Source: Tubulanus polymorphus (lineage: Eukaryota; Animalia; Nemertea). From it: a stretch of DNA of 64,000 nucleotides. Position numbers and translations under genes: made by a program. Numbering within the stretch: position 1 is the stretch's first letter; each line of letters starts with the position of its first letter. The stretch lies in NCBI RefSeq assembly GCF_964204645.1, contig NC_134025.1, positions 14,570,001-14,634,000 on the forward strand, given 5' to 3'. Below the pieces are notes generated by a model. The model was given only the letters and a program-made list of their open reading frames with translations, had not been told where the DNA came from and ran no database searches. Shown here one piece after another: positions 29,175 through 40,170 of this stretch.

Positions 29175-30593
29175 GGAACATTAAGTTTTTGGTCGAACAG
29201 TGTGTTAAGGTTGTTTTGGAAATTTACTCGGTCTGGTATATTTTGGATTACTGTGTATGTCATTTGTCAGGACATTAAACAGAAGACGACTTAGGAAACT
29301 ACCTTGCGTGACTCCACTAGTTAGACCGTCTCATTCCAAGATGAGGCGTTCCGTTGATTTCGGTTACAAGTTTCCGTTCAGAGATAACTGCTGTGCCATT
29401 TGGGCGACCTATCATTGATACTGTTTCCTAATAGCCTGTTCAGTAAGGGCTGATGTTGAGCCTTATCAAATGCTTTGTTGAAATCCACCGTTGAACAGGA
29501 TTCTAAGACTGTGCAGAAAACCCGTTATCGCTGCTTTGCAGCTATATTTATATTTATTATTTATTATTTTCTTCCACACTATTTTTACCAAAAGAACATA
29601 GGCTTTGATACCTTACCGCTGTTTCATATACAATCCATATAATATCGTTCAGCTCACTGAGATCTACAAATAGCCCGCGTGTTTTTTCACGAATCATCGT
29701 TACAAAAGCGCTGTCGGGCCGTAAACATCGAAAATTTAGCCCCATTCAATGAGGCGACATGTTTTTCGAGTCGTCATCCCGAAATCAACCCGCAGGCCGA
29801 CTGTCACTTCGATTATCAATTCAAGTATAAATGAACTAATTTATTGCCGCAGACTTCAAATTCAGTCGCGGTCTTCAAACAGTGATTTTAACAATAGCCC
29901 ATTTTCCTCATCAAATCATATTACCGATACACTGGAAATTTACTACTTTAGATTTTAAAAGCACTGTCGAGCCGTAAACATCGACGAATCGACGTGTGTT
30001 ACTACATCGTCGTTCCGGGGATCAGCTGCGAGTTTCTCCTCATCATGAGAATCAAATCGAGTACAAATTAATTTATTACTACCAGTGATTTGGCTGCGGG
30101 TTTCAAGGAGTTAGTATAACAATACCTATTTTTCTTTACCGAATTAACCGTGTATTTACTAAGATAGATCTTTAGTGTACCGGGGAATCGTAGGCCTAAA
30201 CTAAACACGCCGAAGAGATATAGCGGAGAAAAGCTGTTATGTCGACGAGGTATCAAAATAAAAGAATATATTACTTTATTCGGCCGCGGACCTCTATATC
30301 AATACCATCAATACTCTATATTTCCTACAGTACATACCGATCATTGTCAAATCCACAAGGTATTTACTAAATACAAGTATATAACACACTCCTATCCGTA
30401 TGCTGGACTCACACTTGACATTCGGAGTAAGCGTTCGCTGTGGGGGAAAGGAGATCGTTCGCTGTGTCGCTTGAAGTGTTTATCGAGTTTTACGCGACCT
30501 TAAAGCTTTAGTATGGTGGCTGATAAGATAAAAAAACACGAATATGCAAATGAGGGCGACATTACGACAAAACTAAAATAACGCAAGAAAACA

Positions 30594-32273
30594 ATGATTT
30601 TGATTTTGTCGCCCGCGACAATTCATTATTTTGGTTTTATCGCCCACGACAATTCAATATTTTGGTTTTATCGCTTGCGATAATTCATTATTTTGGTTTG
30701 TCGCGTGAGAAAATTCATTATTTTGGTTTTATCGCCCGCGACAATTCATTATTACTGTTTTAGCGCCCGCGACAATTCATTATTTTGGTTTTGTCGCCCG
30801 CGACAATTCACCATTTTGGTTTTGTCGCCCGCGACAATTCATTATTTTGGTTTTGTCGCCCGCGACAATTCATTATTTTGGTTTTATCGCCCGCGACAAT
30901 TCATTATTACTGTTTTATCGCCCGCGACAATTCATTATTTTGGTTTTGTCGCCCGCGACAATTCACCATTTTGGTTTTGTCGCCCGCGACAATTCATTAT
31001 TTTGGTTTTGTCGCCCGCGACAATTCATTATTTTGGTTTTATCGCCCGCGACAATTCATTATTTGGGTTTTATCGCCTGCGACAATTCATTATTTTGGTT
31101 TTGTCGCCCGCGACAATTCTTGTTTTTGGTTTTGACGCCCGCGACAATTCATTATTTTGGTTTTATACTTTGTTTTTGTCGCCCGCGACAATTCAATATT
31201 TTGGTTTTGTTGCCCGCGGCAATTCATTATTTTGGTTTTATCTCCCGCGACAATTCAATATTTTGGTTTTATCGCCCACGACAATTCAATATTTTGGTTT
31301 TATCGCCCGCGATAATTCATTATTTTGGTTTTGTCGCGTGAGAAAATTCATTATTTTGGTTTTATCGCGCGATAAAACATTATTTTGGTTTTGTCGCCCG
31401 CGACAATTCACCATTTTGGTTTTGTCGCCCGCGACAATTCATTATTTTGGTTTTGTCGGCCGCGACAATTCATTATTTTGGTTTTGTCGCCCGCGACAAT
31501 TCATTATTTTGGTTTTATCGCCCGCGACAATTCATTATTTTGGTTTTGTCGCCCCGACAATTCTTTTTTTGGTTTTGTCGCCCGCGACAATTCAATATTT
31601 TGGTTTTATCGCCCGCGACAATTCAATATTTTGGTTTTATCGCCCACGACAATTCATTACTTTGGTTTTATCTCCAGCGACAATTCATTATTTTGGTTTT
31701 GTCGCCCGCGACAATTCTTGTTTTTGGTTTTGACGCCTGCGACAATTCATTACTTTCGTTTTATACTTTGTTTTTGTCGGCCGCGACAATTTTTTTTTGG
31801 TTTTGTCGCCCGCGACAATTCAATATTTTGGTTTTATCGCCCGCGATAATTTATCATTTTGGTTTTATCGCCCGCGACAATTCATTATTTTGGTTTTGTC
31901 GCCCCGACAATTCTTTTTTTGGTTTTGTCGCCCGTGACAATTCATTAGTTTGGTTTCGTCGCCCGCGACAATTCAATATTTTGGTTTTATCGCCCGTGAC
32001 AATTCATTACTTTGGTTTTATCTCCAGCGACAATTCATTTTTTTGGTTTTGTCGCCCGCGACAATTCTTGTTTTTGGTTTTGACGCCCGCGACAATTCAT
32101 TATTTTGGTTTTATACTTTGTTTTTGTCGCCCGCGACAATTCAATATTTTGGTTTTGTTGCCCGCGACAATTCATTATTTTGGTTTTATCGCCCGCGACA
32201 ATTCAATATTTTGGTTTTATCGCCCGCAATAATGCATTATTTTGGTTTTATCGCCTGCGACAATTCAATATTT
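30594..32273 (+). repeat. 31-bp satellite array, ends at the Polinton left terminus
   Basis: Tandem monomers until ...cgcctgcgacaattcaatattt|gcattc. Confidence 0.97.
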
Positions 32274-32288
32274 GCATTCAATTTGCAT

Positions 32289-32670
32289 TCAATTGGTCGC
32301 TCCACTTCGCTACCGCTCCGCTCCGCGACCAATTGATTTATTTACAATACACAAATTCATATAATCAAATATATTCAAATAATAATAATCATTCTATTAT
32401 TCAACTGAAATGCACACGGTTATGAAAATATATTATAGTTTTAAATTACTTTTAATGTTTGTTTTTAATGAACTCGACCATTCAACCTTTAACCTGAAAG
32501 CCCATTACCCCTATTACTCTTAAAATATTCATGTAAATGAATAACATTTAAATTGACAGATTATTCAATATAAAAGTATATATTTACAACATTATTTCAA
32601 TGTTCATATTTGTATGAGTTAGATGTTTAAACATTAAAAGTGTTAGTAAAGTGTGATTGAAATAATGCAT
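32289..32670 (+). repeat. Left TIR with terminal hairpin
   Basis: Reverse complement of 49796-50176. The outer end is a stem-loop: tcaattggtcgc (32289-32300) pairs with gcgaccaattga (32325-32336). Confidence 0.9.
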
Positions 32671-33389
32671 AGCTGTTTATACTAGAACATGATTCTATTT
32701 GAGCCTATATACATTTCATGTAATGAACTATTGAATAAATCTATCAATTCACAGCTGATACAGCTGTTACTATGACGCCGAGACATATGAGTCATGATAT
32801 TACAAACGTGTAGAACACTCTAGAACCGGAACCAGATGACGTGGCAAGAAATGAACAGGCGCTGTAACATTACGCTCAGGATATTCTATCTCTCGAAACG
32901 AAATTAGAAGTTTATAGTTTACAATTCTAAATCTAAATGTAAGTACTGTTTTTTGTAGTTATTAGGGCTATTAAATATGAAACCTTTAGATATATGTAAG
33001 TGTATTTAGTATATCTTTTAGATGGCTAGAGTTGCCGCTAATATCTTTTAGATTAATAAAACGCCATACGCATCAAGAAGTGATAGAGAAACTCAAGATA
33101 CTCTTTCTGACTGAGGAATCAACAGCAATGGGGATATCGAACCAATAGAAATTAGCACAAGAAACACAAGAATCGCCAAAAGATCGACGAAGAAACTATA
33201 TAAGAATTTCAAAAACATTAAGACTCCAATGATTAAGTTTAACATTTGTTGATGTAGTTAAATATTTACCAGCAATTGAAAAAATGTTTGTAATTATAAA
33301 TTATATTTATAGAAATCAAATGATGTATTGGAAGAAACGGCCGAACAACTTGTATAATGTATTGTGTAAATCTGATTGGCGAATTTTTA

Positions 33390-33610
33390 TGTTCGGTCGT
33401 TTCTATTCAGAATGAATATATAATTAGGATTAGCGCATGCGCATTGAGCAAAACCGCGCACGAATGCGCGGTTTTGCTCAGTGGTATGATTTAGATATTT
33501 CATGTCGGTTGTTTCTATTTACATAATGAATATATAATTATGATTAACGCATGCGCATTAAGCGAAAGCGCGCTGAATGCGCGCTTTTGCCCAATGGTAT
33601 TATTTAGATA
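33390..33610. promoter_or_regulatory. Two ~120-bp direct repeats, each with a GCGCATGCGC-type palindrome and a GC-rich hairpin
   Basis: tgagcaaaaccgcgca-cgaa-tgcgcggttttgctca (33445-33480) and aaagcgcgc-tgaat-gcgcgcttt (~33565-33587). Confidence 0.6.
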
Positions 33611-33728
33611 TCAAGGAATCGAAAAAATTTTTCAAAAGCAGCGAGGAATGATAAAGGATGACGTTGGTCGAAGAAATGGAAGAGGATTCTAAAATATTAA
33701 CCAATTTAGTAAAAAATACGTATAATAA

Positions 33729-34406
33729 ATGGAACCAGAACAACCACAAACTATCAATATTACAAATAACACTGGTGTTATAAATATATATTACAAGAAA
33801 TGTTCTAAATGTGAATTAGATAAATTAGCTTTAACAGAATTTAGTAAGCGTAAGATTAGCAAACATGGTTTTCAATATTGTTGTAAAACTTGTTTTAAAC
33901 TATATACCAAACAATATCGAGAAGATAATAGAGAAGCTTATAATGATTATATGACAGAATATATGAGAGAAAGATATCAAACAGATCTTAATTTTAGATT
34001 GAAACAATGCTTAAGATCTAGATTAACACAATTATTCAACAAAGAAACACATTCAGAAACACTATCTTATCTATTGGGTTGTTCAGATGAATTTCTCAAA
34101 TCATGGATTATATTTCAATCCGATGATAAAATGAATAAAGATAATTATGGGGATTATTACCATATTGATCACGTGTTACCAATATCTAAATTTAACATGA
34201 ATGATGAATACAATAAAAAACTTATTTGGGGTTGGAAAAATTTAAGGCCTTTAGAAAAGAAAGAAAATCAAATCAAATCTAATAAACTAGATTTACAGTT
34301 ATATTTAGAACAGTTAACAAAGGCAAAGAAATTTATTGATCAATGGAACAATGATCCACATAATGAACAATACGTTGAGGAATTTGATATCAAGGATCCG
34401 AAATGA
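33729..34406 (+). CDS. HNH-type endonuclease with N-terminal zinc ribbon
   Basis: CSKC..CKTC, YHIDHVLP, WKNLRPLEKKENQIKSN; intact 225-aa ORF starting at TAAATG. Confidence 0.75.
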   Translation: MEPEQPQTINITNNTGVINIYYKKCSKCELDKLALTEFSKRKISKHGFQYCCKTCFKLYTKQYREDNREAYNDYMTEYMRERYQTDLNFRLKQCLRSRLTQLFNKETHSETLSYLLGCSDEFLKSWIIFQSDDKMNKDNYGDYYHIDHVLPISKFNMNDEYNKKLIWGWKNLRPLEKKENQIKSNKLDLQLYLEQLTKAKKFIDQWNNDPHNEQYVEEFDIKDPK

Positions 34407-34707
34407 CTTATCTGGACAGTTATAATTACTGCTCCTAATAGATAGACAATAGTAGTGAGATATCAAATAGAATTTAAATAAAATATAATAAAAAAACAAT
34501 AACTTCAACTAGCTAGTGAATTCTATTATATTTTTAATATTTTCTTTTCAAAAAAGAATACTTTATATTTTGAATAGATTCAAATAGAAATTCTTTAAAT
34601 TCAAATAGCTAGTATCAGTAGTCAATACTAGAATTCTTTAGCTTTAACTAGCTAGTATCATTTGAAGAATACTTATAATATTTTTTTGCTTTTTTTCTCT
34701 AATATAA

Positions 34708-35317
34708 ATGTCAAAGAAATCTAATAAGAATAGTATTGATATTGAAAAAAACATTAGATGATTTGGGTATAAGTGATAATAAAGATACAGTTGTAACTAA
34801 TTGTGCTCAAGTTAATTGTAATATAGATTATGAATACTATTTATATTGTAAGCATCATCTAGAACTATTGATTGCCGGTGGAAAAACTAAAGAGTTTTTA
34901 AATAGAATTATTACTTTTCAAGAATTAGATGCTATGAAACCCGATAAAGTAATAAAATATTTTAAGATTTATGAAGAGGCAAGATTAGCTAGAATAAATG
35001 ATTCTATTTCAGATGGTATTGTCAAATGTTATTCTAAGTTATGTAACCAGTTAATACCAATTGATGATGAAAATAAATTATATAGTGATTTGAAAAATGA
35101 CTACTTAGTTATGACTGAATTACAAAAATGGGTTGGTTATGCTTCATTTCAATTAGGATCGGTTATGACATTAATTTCTACTGGCGTCATAACATTTTCG
35201 AACATCAAGCCTATGGAATATAAATCAGGTAAGAATGAAACAGATGACGCTGTACTACAACCAAACGGTGAAACAGAAAATGAATCAGAACAAAAATTAA
35301 CTAAAATAAATGAGTGA
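34708..35317 (+). pseudogene. Polinton hypothetical protein with C-terminal hydrophobic segment (5' frameshift)
   Basis: ATG at 34708 in TATAAATG context is out of frame with ORF 34736-35317; hydrophobic stretch LGSVMTLISTGVITF. Confidence 0.6.
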
Positions 35318-35679
35318 TGGAGTTAAGAAAAAGGCTAGATCCGAGAAACAAATTAAATGGGCAAGAGAATCAGGTAAAAGATCTTCAGAATTAAAAAAAG
35401 CTAAGAAAAAGAATTTAACTGATTATAAATGAATCACAGACTTCATCTGATATTGATTCAAATAATAATCCATCTAATTCTTCTAATGCTGGAAGTAATT
35501 ATAAATTATATATTACAATTGGATTAGTAACAGTTATTATATTATCTGGTGTAATATATAAATCAAAATTCAAATCTGATGATAAAGATGATTCCAATGA
35601 CAATAAACCTATTATACCAGAAAATAAATCAAATCATAAAACCATTGAAAATAAACCAAGATTATTATTAATGGATTAA
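35310..35679 (+). pseudogene. Small basic single-TM protein (frameshifted)
   Basis: TAAATG start, MSDGVKKKARSEKQIKWARESGK..., frameshift near 35425, then YKLYITIGLVTVIILSGVIYK...LLMD*. Confidence 0.55.
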
Positions 35680-35685
35680 AATAAG

Positions 35686-36771
35686 ATGAAAAAAGAACAA
35701 TATTTAAGAGATTTATATTATAACCCAGAAAGTGAAGTATCATATTCCAACGTTTCAGAATTATGGAATAAAATTAAATCTGATAATGGTGATATAAAAT
35801 ATAGTGAATTAAAATCATGGTTACAAAATCAACCAACATATCAAATCCACAAGAAAATGGATAAAACTTATTTAACAAGAAAAGTTATGGTTTCATATAT
35901 CGATCAACAATGGCAAGCAGATTTAATTGACATGAAGAACTTAGAGGAATACAACAAAGGATATTTCTGGATATTAAATGTTATAGATATATTCAGTCGA
36001 TACGCATGGTCAATTCCAATCAAAAATAAAACTGGAATAGAAGTGACAAATGCTTTTAAATCTATATTTAAAGAAGCTATTCCAGATAAGATACAATTTG
36101 ATGAAGGAAAGGAATTTTATAACAAACATTTTAAAAAACTATTATCTGATAACGATGTAGATTATTTTTCAAAACATTCAGATAAAAAAGCATCTATTAT
36201 AGAAAGATTTAATAAAACATTGAAAATTAGAATGTGGAAATATTTTACTGCTAATGAAACATATAAATATATCGATGTATTAGATGATTTAGTGAAAGGT
36301 TATAATAATTCTAAACATAGTTCTATAAATATGAAACCTATACAAGCTAGAAAAGAAGATAATTCGGAAATAGTTTGGAATAATTTATATGGAGCATTTG
36401 TTACACATGATTTCGGTGAACCTAGATTCAAAATTGGACAACACGTCAGAATATCTAAATATAGAAAAACATTTTATAAAGGTTATACCCCAAATTTTAC
36501 TGAAGAAATATTCAAGATTAAAAAGATAATATTAACTAAACCATGTGTTTATAAATTAGAAGATTTAAGAGACGAACAAATATTAGGTTATTTCTATGAA
36601 CAAGAATTATCACTTGTACCAAATCCAGATGAAATAGAATACAAAATAGAAAAAGTATTGAAAACAAAAACTCCCTAAGGAAAAAAGTATTCTTTGGTGA
36701 AATATAAAGGATATGATGATAAATTTAATGAATGGATTTTATCTAGTCAAATTAAAAGAATAAATGAATAA
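35686..36771 (+). pseudogene. Retroviral-like (rve) DDE integrase with C-terminal chromodomain; premature stop at 36676
   Basis: QWQADLIDM, VIDIFSR, QFDEGKEF, IERFNKTLK. Reading through the TAA gives YKIEKVLKTKTP*GKKYSLVKYKGYDDKFNEWI. Confidence 0.92.
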
Positions 36772-37375
36772 AGATTTATTTATATTTGAACCGCATAATA
36801 TGTTAGTTACTGGAGTAACCAATTGTGGTAAAACACATTTCATATTAGATTTGTTAGAAACTATTTATAAGAATCATTTTGATAACATAATATTATTTTG
36901 TCCTACTTATGAAATGAATAAAACATATAATAGAGATATAGTTAAGATAAAAAAGTTTATTATATTAAATCCTAAAACAGTAAAAGAAAATTTAGATAAT
37001 TGTATTAAAATAGCAATTGAAACTTATTAAGGATCAAATACATTATTCATTATAGATGATTGCGCAAATTTACATGATTCAAAAGTGAGAGAAAGTGAGT
37101 TATGTTATTTAGCTTTCTCTGGAAGACATTTTGGGATAACAACATGGGTTTTAAATCAAAAATATAATTCAATTGTTAAAGACTTTAGGGAGAATATAAG
37201 ATTTCTAGTTTTATTTTATAACAAAGATAAAAAATCTATGCAACAATCATTGGAAGAAAATCAAATTATACCTACTGAGTTACATGATGAATATATGAAT
37301 AAATTAAAGAATAATAAAGGTTCAAAATTATTACTGAGATTACAATTTCCCTATGAATATAAATTTATAAAATAA
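36764..37375 (+). pseudogene. A32/FtsK-like DNA packaging ATPase; in-frame stop at 37028
   Basis: Walker A GVTNCGKT, Walker B FIIDDC just after the stop, SGRH motif. Confidence 0.9.
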
Positions 37376-37773
37376 CTATTTGTGTACCTATGTATTAGAT
37401 GCCCTAATACCTGATACCCCATTAGATACCCTAATACCTGATACCCTATTAGATACCTTCAATACTTAAAACCACCTTTTTTAAGATAAATATTATCTAT
37501 ACAATTTTCAACCAATTTATTTTTATTTTTTCAACTAATATATGAATAAGTTTGAAAATAATAAAGGTTATTTATTATTACTGAGGTTTCAATTTCCATA
37601 TGAATATCAGTTTATAAAATAAGATATTTTATGTATTAGATTGTATTAGATTGTATTAGATATGTATTAGATACCTTAAATACCTTAAATACTTAAAACC
37701 CCCTTTTTTATTTACTATTATTTTATACAATTTTCAACCAATATTATTATTTGTGTTAAATATAATTAATATT

Positions 37774-38672
37774 TTAATCACTTTCACTATCAGACCCTAA
37801 CAATTTATTCAAATTCTCTACCGAATTTTCTTCTTCAAATTCTTTATTATTTTTATACTTTTTCATCCTTTTTACCGAATTATCAATAGTTGTTTCATTG
37901 TTATGCTTATTCATCCAATCAAATTTATCATTATTTTCTACTTTATGTTTCATAGAATCTTTAATATCAATATGCTTATCTGTAACTATATCTTCATTAT
38001 TATCTTTATTAGTGTTTGCTCCTAATATTTCATTTACAGTGTTTGGTTTTAATATTTCATTAGCATCGGTTAGATCTAATTCATCTTTATTAGGAGTTGC
38101 TAATAATAAATCTTTATATAATTCTTTACCATTTACTTTTTGATTTGAAACAAACTTTGTAACATATCTAAATGGGTGTTCTATAAATTCTTTTAAACCA
38201 ACATGTTCTATAACATTACTTATATGTACCCTTGTATTCATATGTTTATTCCAATTTGATGAGCGTTTGAAAATTCACTTTTACAATATCCACAATAATT
38301 TCTATTTTCACTAACATTTAATATTATTTCATTATTAGATGTAGAAGGTATTACATTATTAGATGTAGAAGGTATTACATTATTAGATGTAGAAGGTATT
38401 ACATTATTAGATGTAGTAGGTATTACATTATTAGAAGTAGAAGGTATTACATTATTAGATGTAGTAGGTATTACATTATTATCAATTACATTACTTAAAT
38501 TATCAACAACTTCACTTTTATTATTATCGATTTCTATTAGTTTAGTTTTATAAATTTTGAAAATAGGATCAAATATCAAAGCTATATTACAAGGTATTAC
38601 ATAATATAAACCATCATTATTTTCATGTGTATCGATGTATGGAATATGTTTATATACTTTACCTCCTTCCAT
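37774..38672 (-). pseudogene. Hypothetical protein with 8-aa repeats (NNVIPSTS) and a C2H2-type finger split by a frameshift
   Basis: Joining the two ORFs gives YCGYCKSEF/KRSSNWNKHMNTRVH; 24-bp tandem repeats at ~38325-38495. Confidence 0.6.
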
Positions 38673-38704
38673 TTATATAATAAATTTTTATTAAAGTTAA
38701 AATT

Positions 38705-40150
38705 TTAATACATAACACTATCTAATTGTGAATTTACAATATTTAATTGTGCGTCAGATATAATATAAATGTGCATTTTAAAATTTTTGATTCCTTTATT
38801 CTTTGTCATGAATAATTGTATTCCATCTTTAGTGTTCTGTAGTTTTTTTCCAAAACCATGTTATGAATTATCCTCTGTTGTTCTAAAATCTAACCATAAT
38901 GCATATTCATTACCGGTATAATAATCAATTTTATTAATGTTACAATTTTCAGATGATTTCACTTTTTCATTCATAAAATGTTTTCTAATTTCTGGCCATT
39001 GATCAATCATTCTCATTCCTTGACAAAATATTTTATTTGCTATTCCTTCGATAGTTATTTCTACTTTTGTTATTTCAGGATTATAATAATTATCAACATT
39101 TATTGCGCCATTAGTATATGTTGCAATTTTATTAATGTTACAATTTTCAGATGATTTCACTTTTTCATTCATAAAATGTTTTCTAATTTCTGGCCATTGA
39201 TCAATCATTCTCATTCCTTGACAAAATATTTTATTTGCTATTCCTTCGATAGTTATTTCTACTTTTGTTATTTCAGGATTATAATAATTATCAACATTTA
39301 TTGCGCCATTAGTATATGTTGCAATGGTAAAAAATATTAATATACCTTTAATAGATCTTCTTGGGAAGTTAATATTCTCATTAATAATTTCATCATTTGC
39401 ATTAATAGTTACAGTTTTAAATTTATCAATATAATCATATAATAATGAAAATCCTTGATTGTATTGAGTTTGAATTATACTTGCAATATTTTCATCAGTT
39501 ACTGTATCATATTCTAAACATATATTCGATAATTTATAACTCATATCTTTATTAACGCTAGATATTACAATTTCATTTACAGGAGCAAATGTTATTTTGA
39601 ATATAACGTCTTCTTGAATTGCGTATTTATATAAAGGTGCATTGTTATTTATCAATTCAAAGTCTAATGGAATTTTATATTTGATTCCATATATACTTTT
39701 TATCAATTTATCTACAGCATTAGTTAATATTGCGCTATTAGCTTCTGATCTTAATTTATTTTGGTTTTCTGATTGGATTCCTTGAAATACCATATTATTT
39801 CTATTTTCTTTAGTTAACCATAAATCCTTATAATGCATAAATAAATTATAATCATCTAATGAGAAAACTGTTTCTGGACCAATCTTTATAGTTAATTTTT
39901 TAATCAAATATCTTCCAACATTATCAACAACATAATTATTATTATTACCGATTACTTTTATATCGGCTGATGAATAAATACTATTTGGAACATAAAAAGT
40001 ATTTTGTGTTAATCTAGGAATTCTAACATATAAAGTTTCATCGGGATTAATATTAGAAGGGTTATGAGTAATTATATGATGTGATCTTTCTGCTTTAATA
40101 GCATTAGATATTCTATGATTCTTAGAAGGATTGATATAACTCCCACTCAT
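38705..40150 (-). pseudogene. Major capsid protein (double jelly-roll), with an in-frame stop at 38861 and a 198-bp internal duplication
   Basis: THNPSNINPDETLYVRIP, IPLDFE, LSNICLEYD, ALWLDFRT. Read-through gives DNS*HGFGKKLQNTKDGIQL..IISDAQLNI, typical of Polinton MCP C-termini. Confidence 0.8.
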
Positions 40151-40170
40151 TTATTTAACAAAAAAATTAA

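Larger units (their letters stand above)
19721..29549 (+). mobile_element. HINE-like family C macro-unit (9829 bp), tandem duplicate
   Basis: Identical ORF-track peptides at a constant 9829-bp offset (16587/26416, 18672/28501, 19920/29749, 20864/30693); 3' end motif ends at 29549. Confidence 0.85.

Noticed and set aside
11524-32425. Dozens of long ORFs rich in 'VLSPATIHYFGFVARDNSLFWFCRPRQFII' (also at 59040-61582)
   Set aside because: Translations of the stop-poor 31-bp satellite in all three plus frames; not genes.
36676-38863. Programmed stop-codon readthrough or alternative genetic code (in-frame TAA in integrase, ATPase and MCP)
   Set aside because: The same element has many frameshifts and uses TAA as its normal stop, and copy 3 is open in the standard code; ordinary decay explains it.
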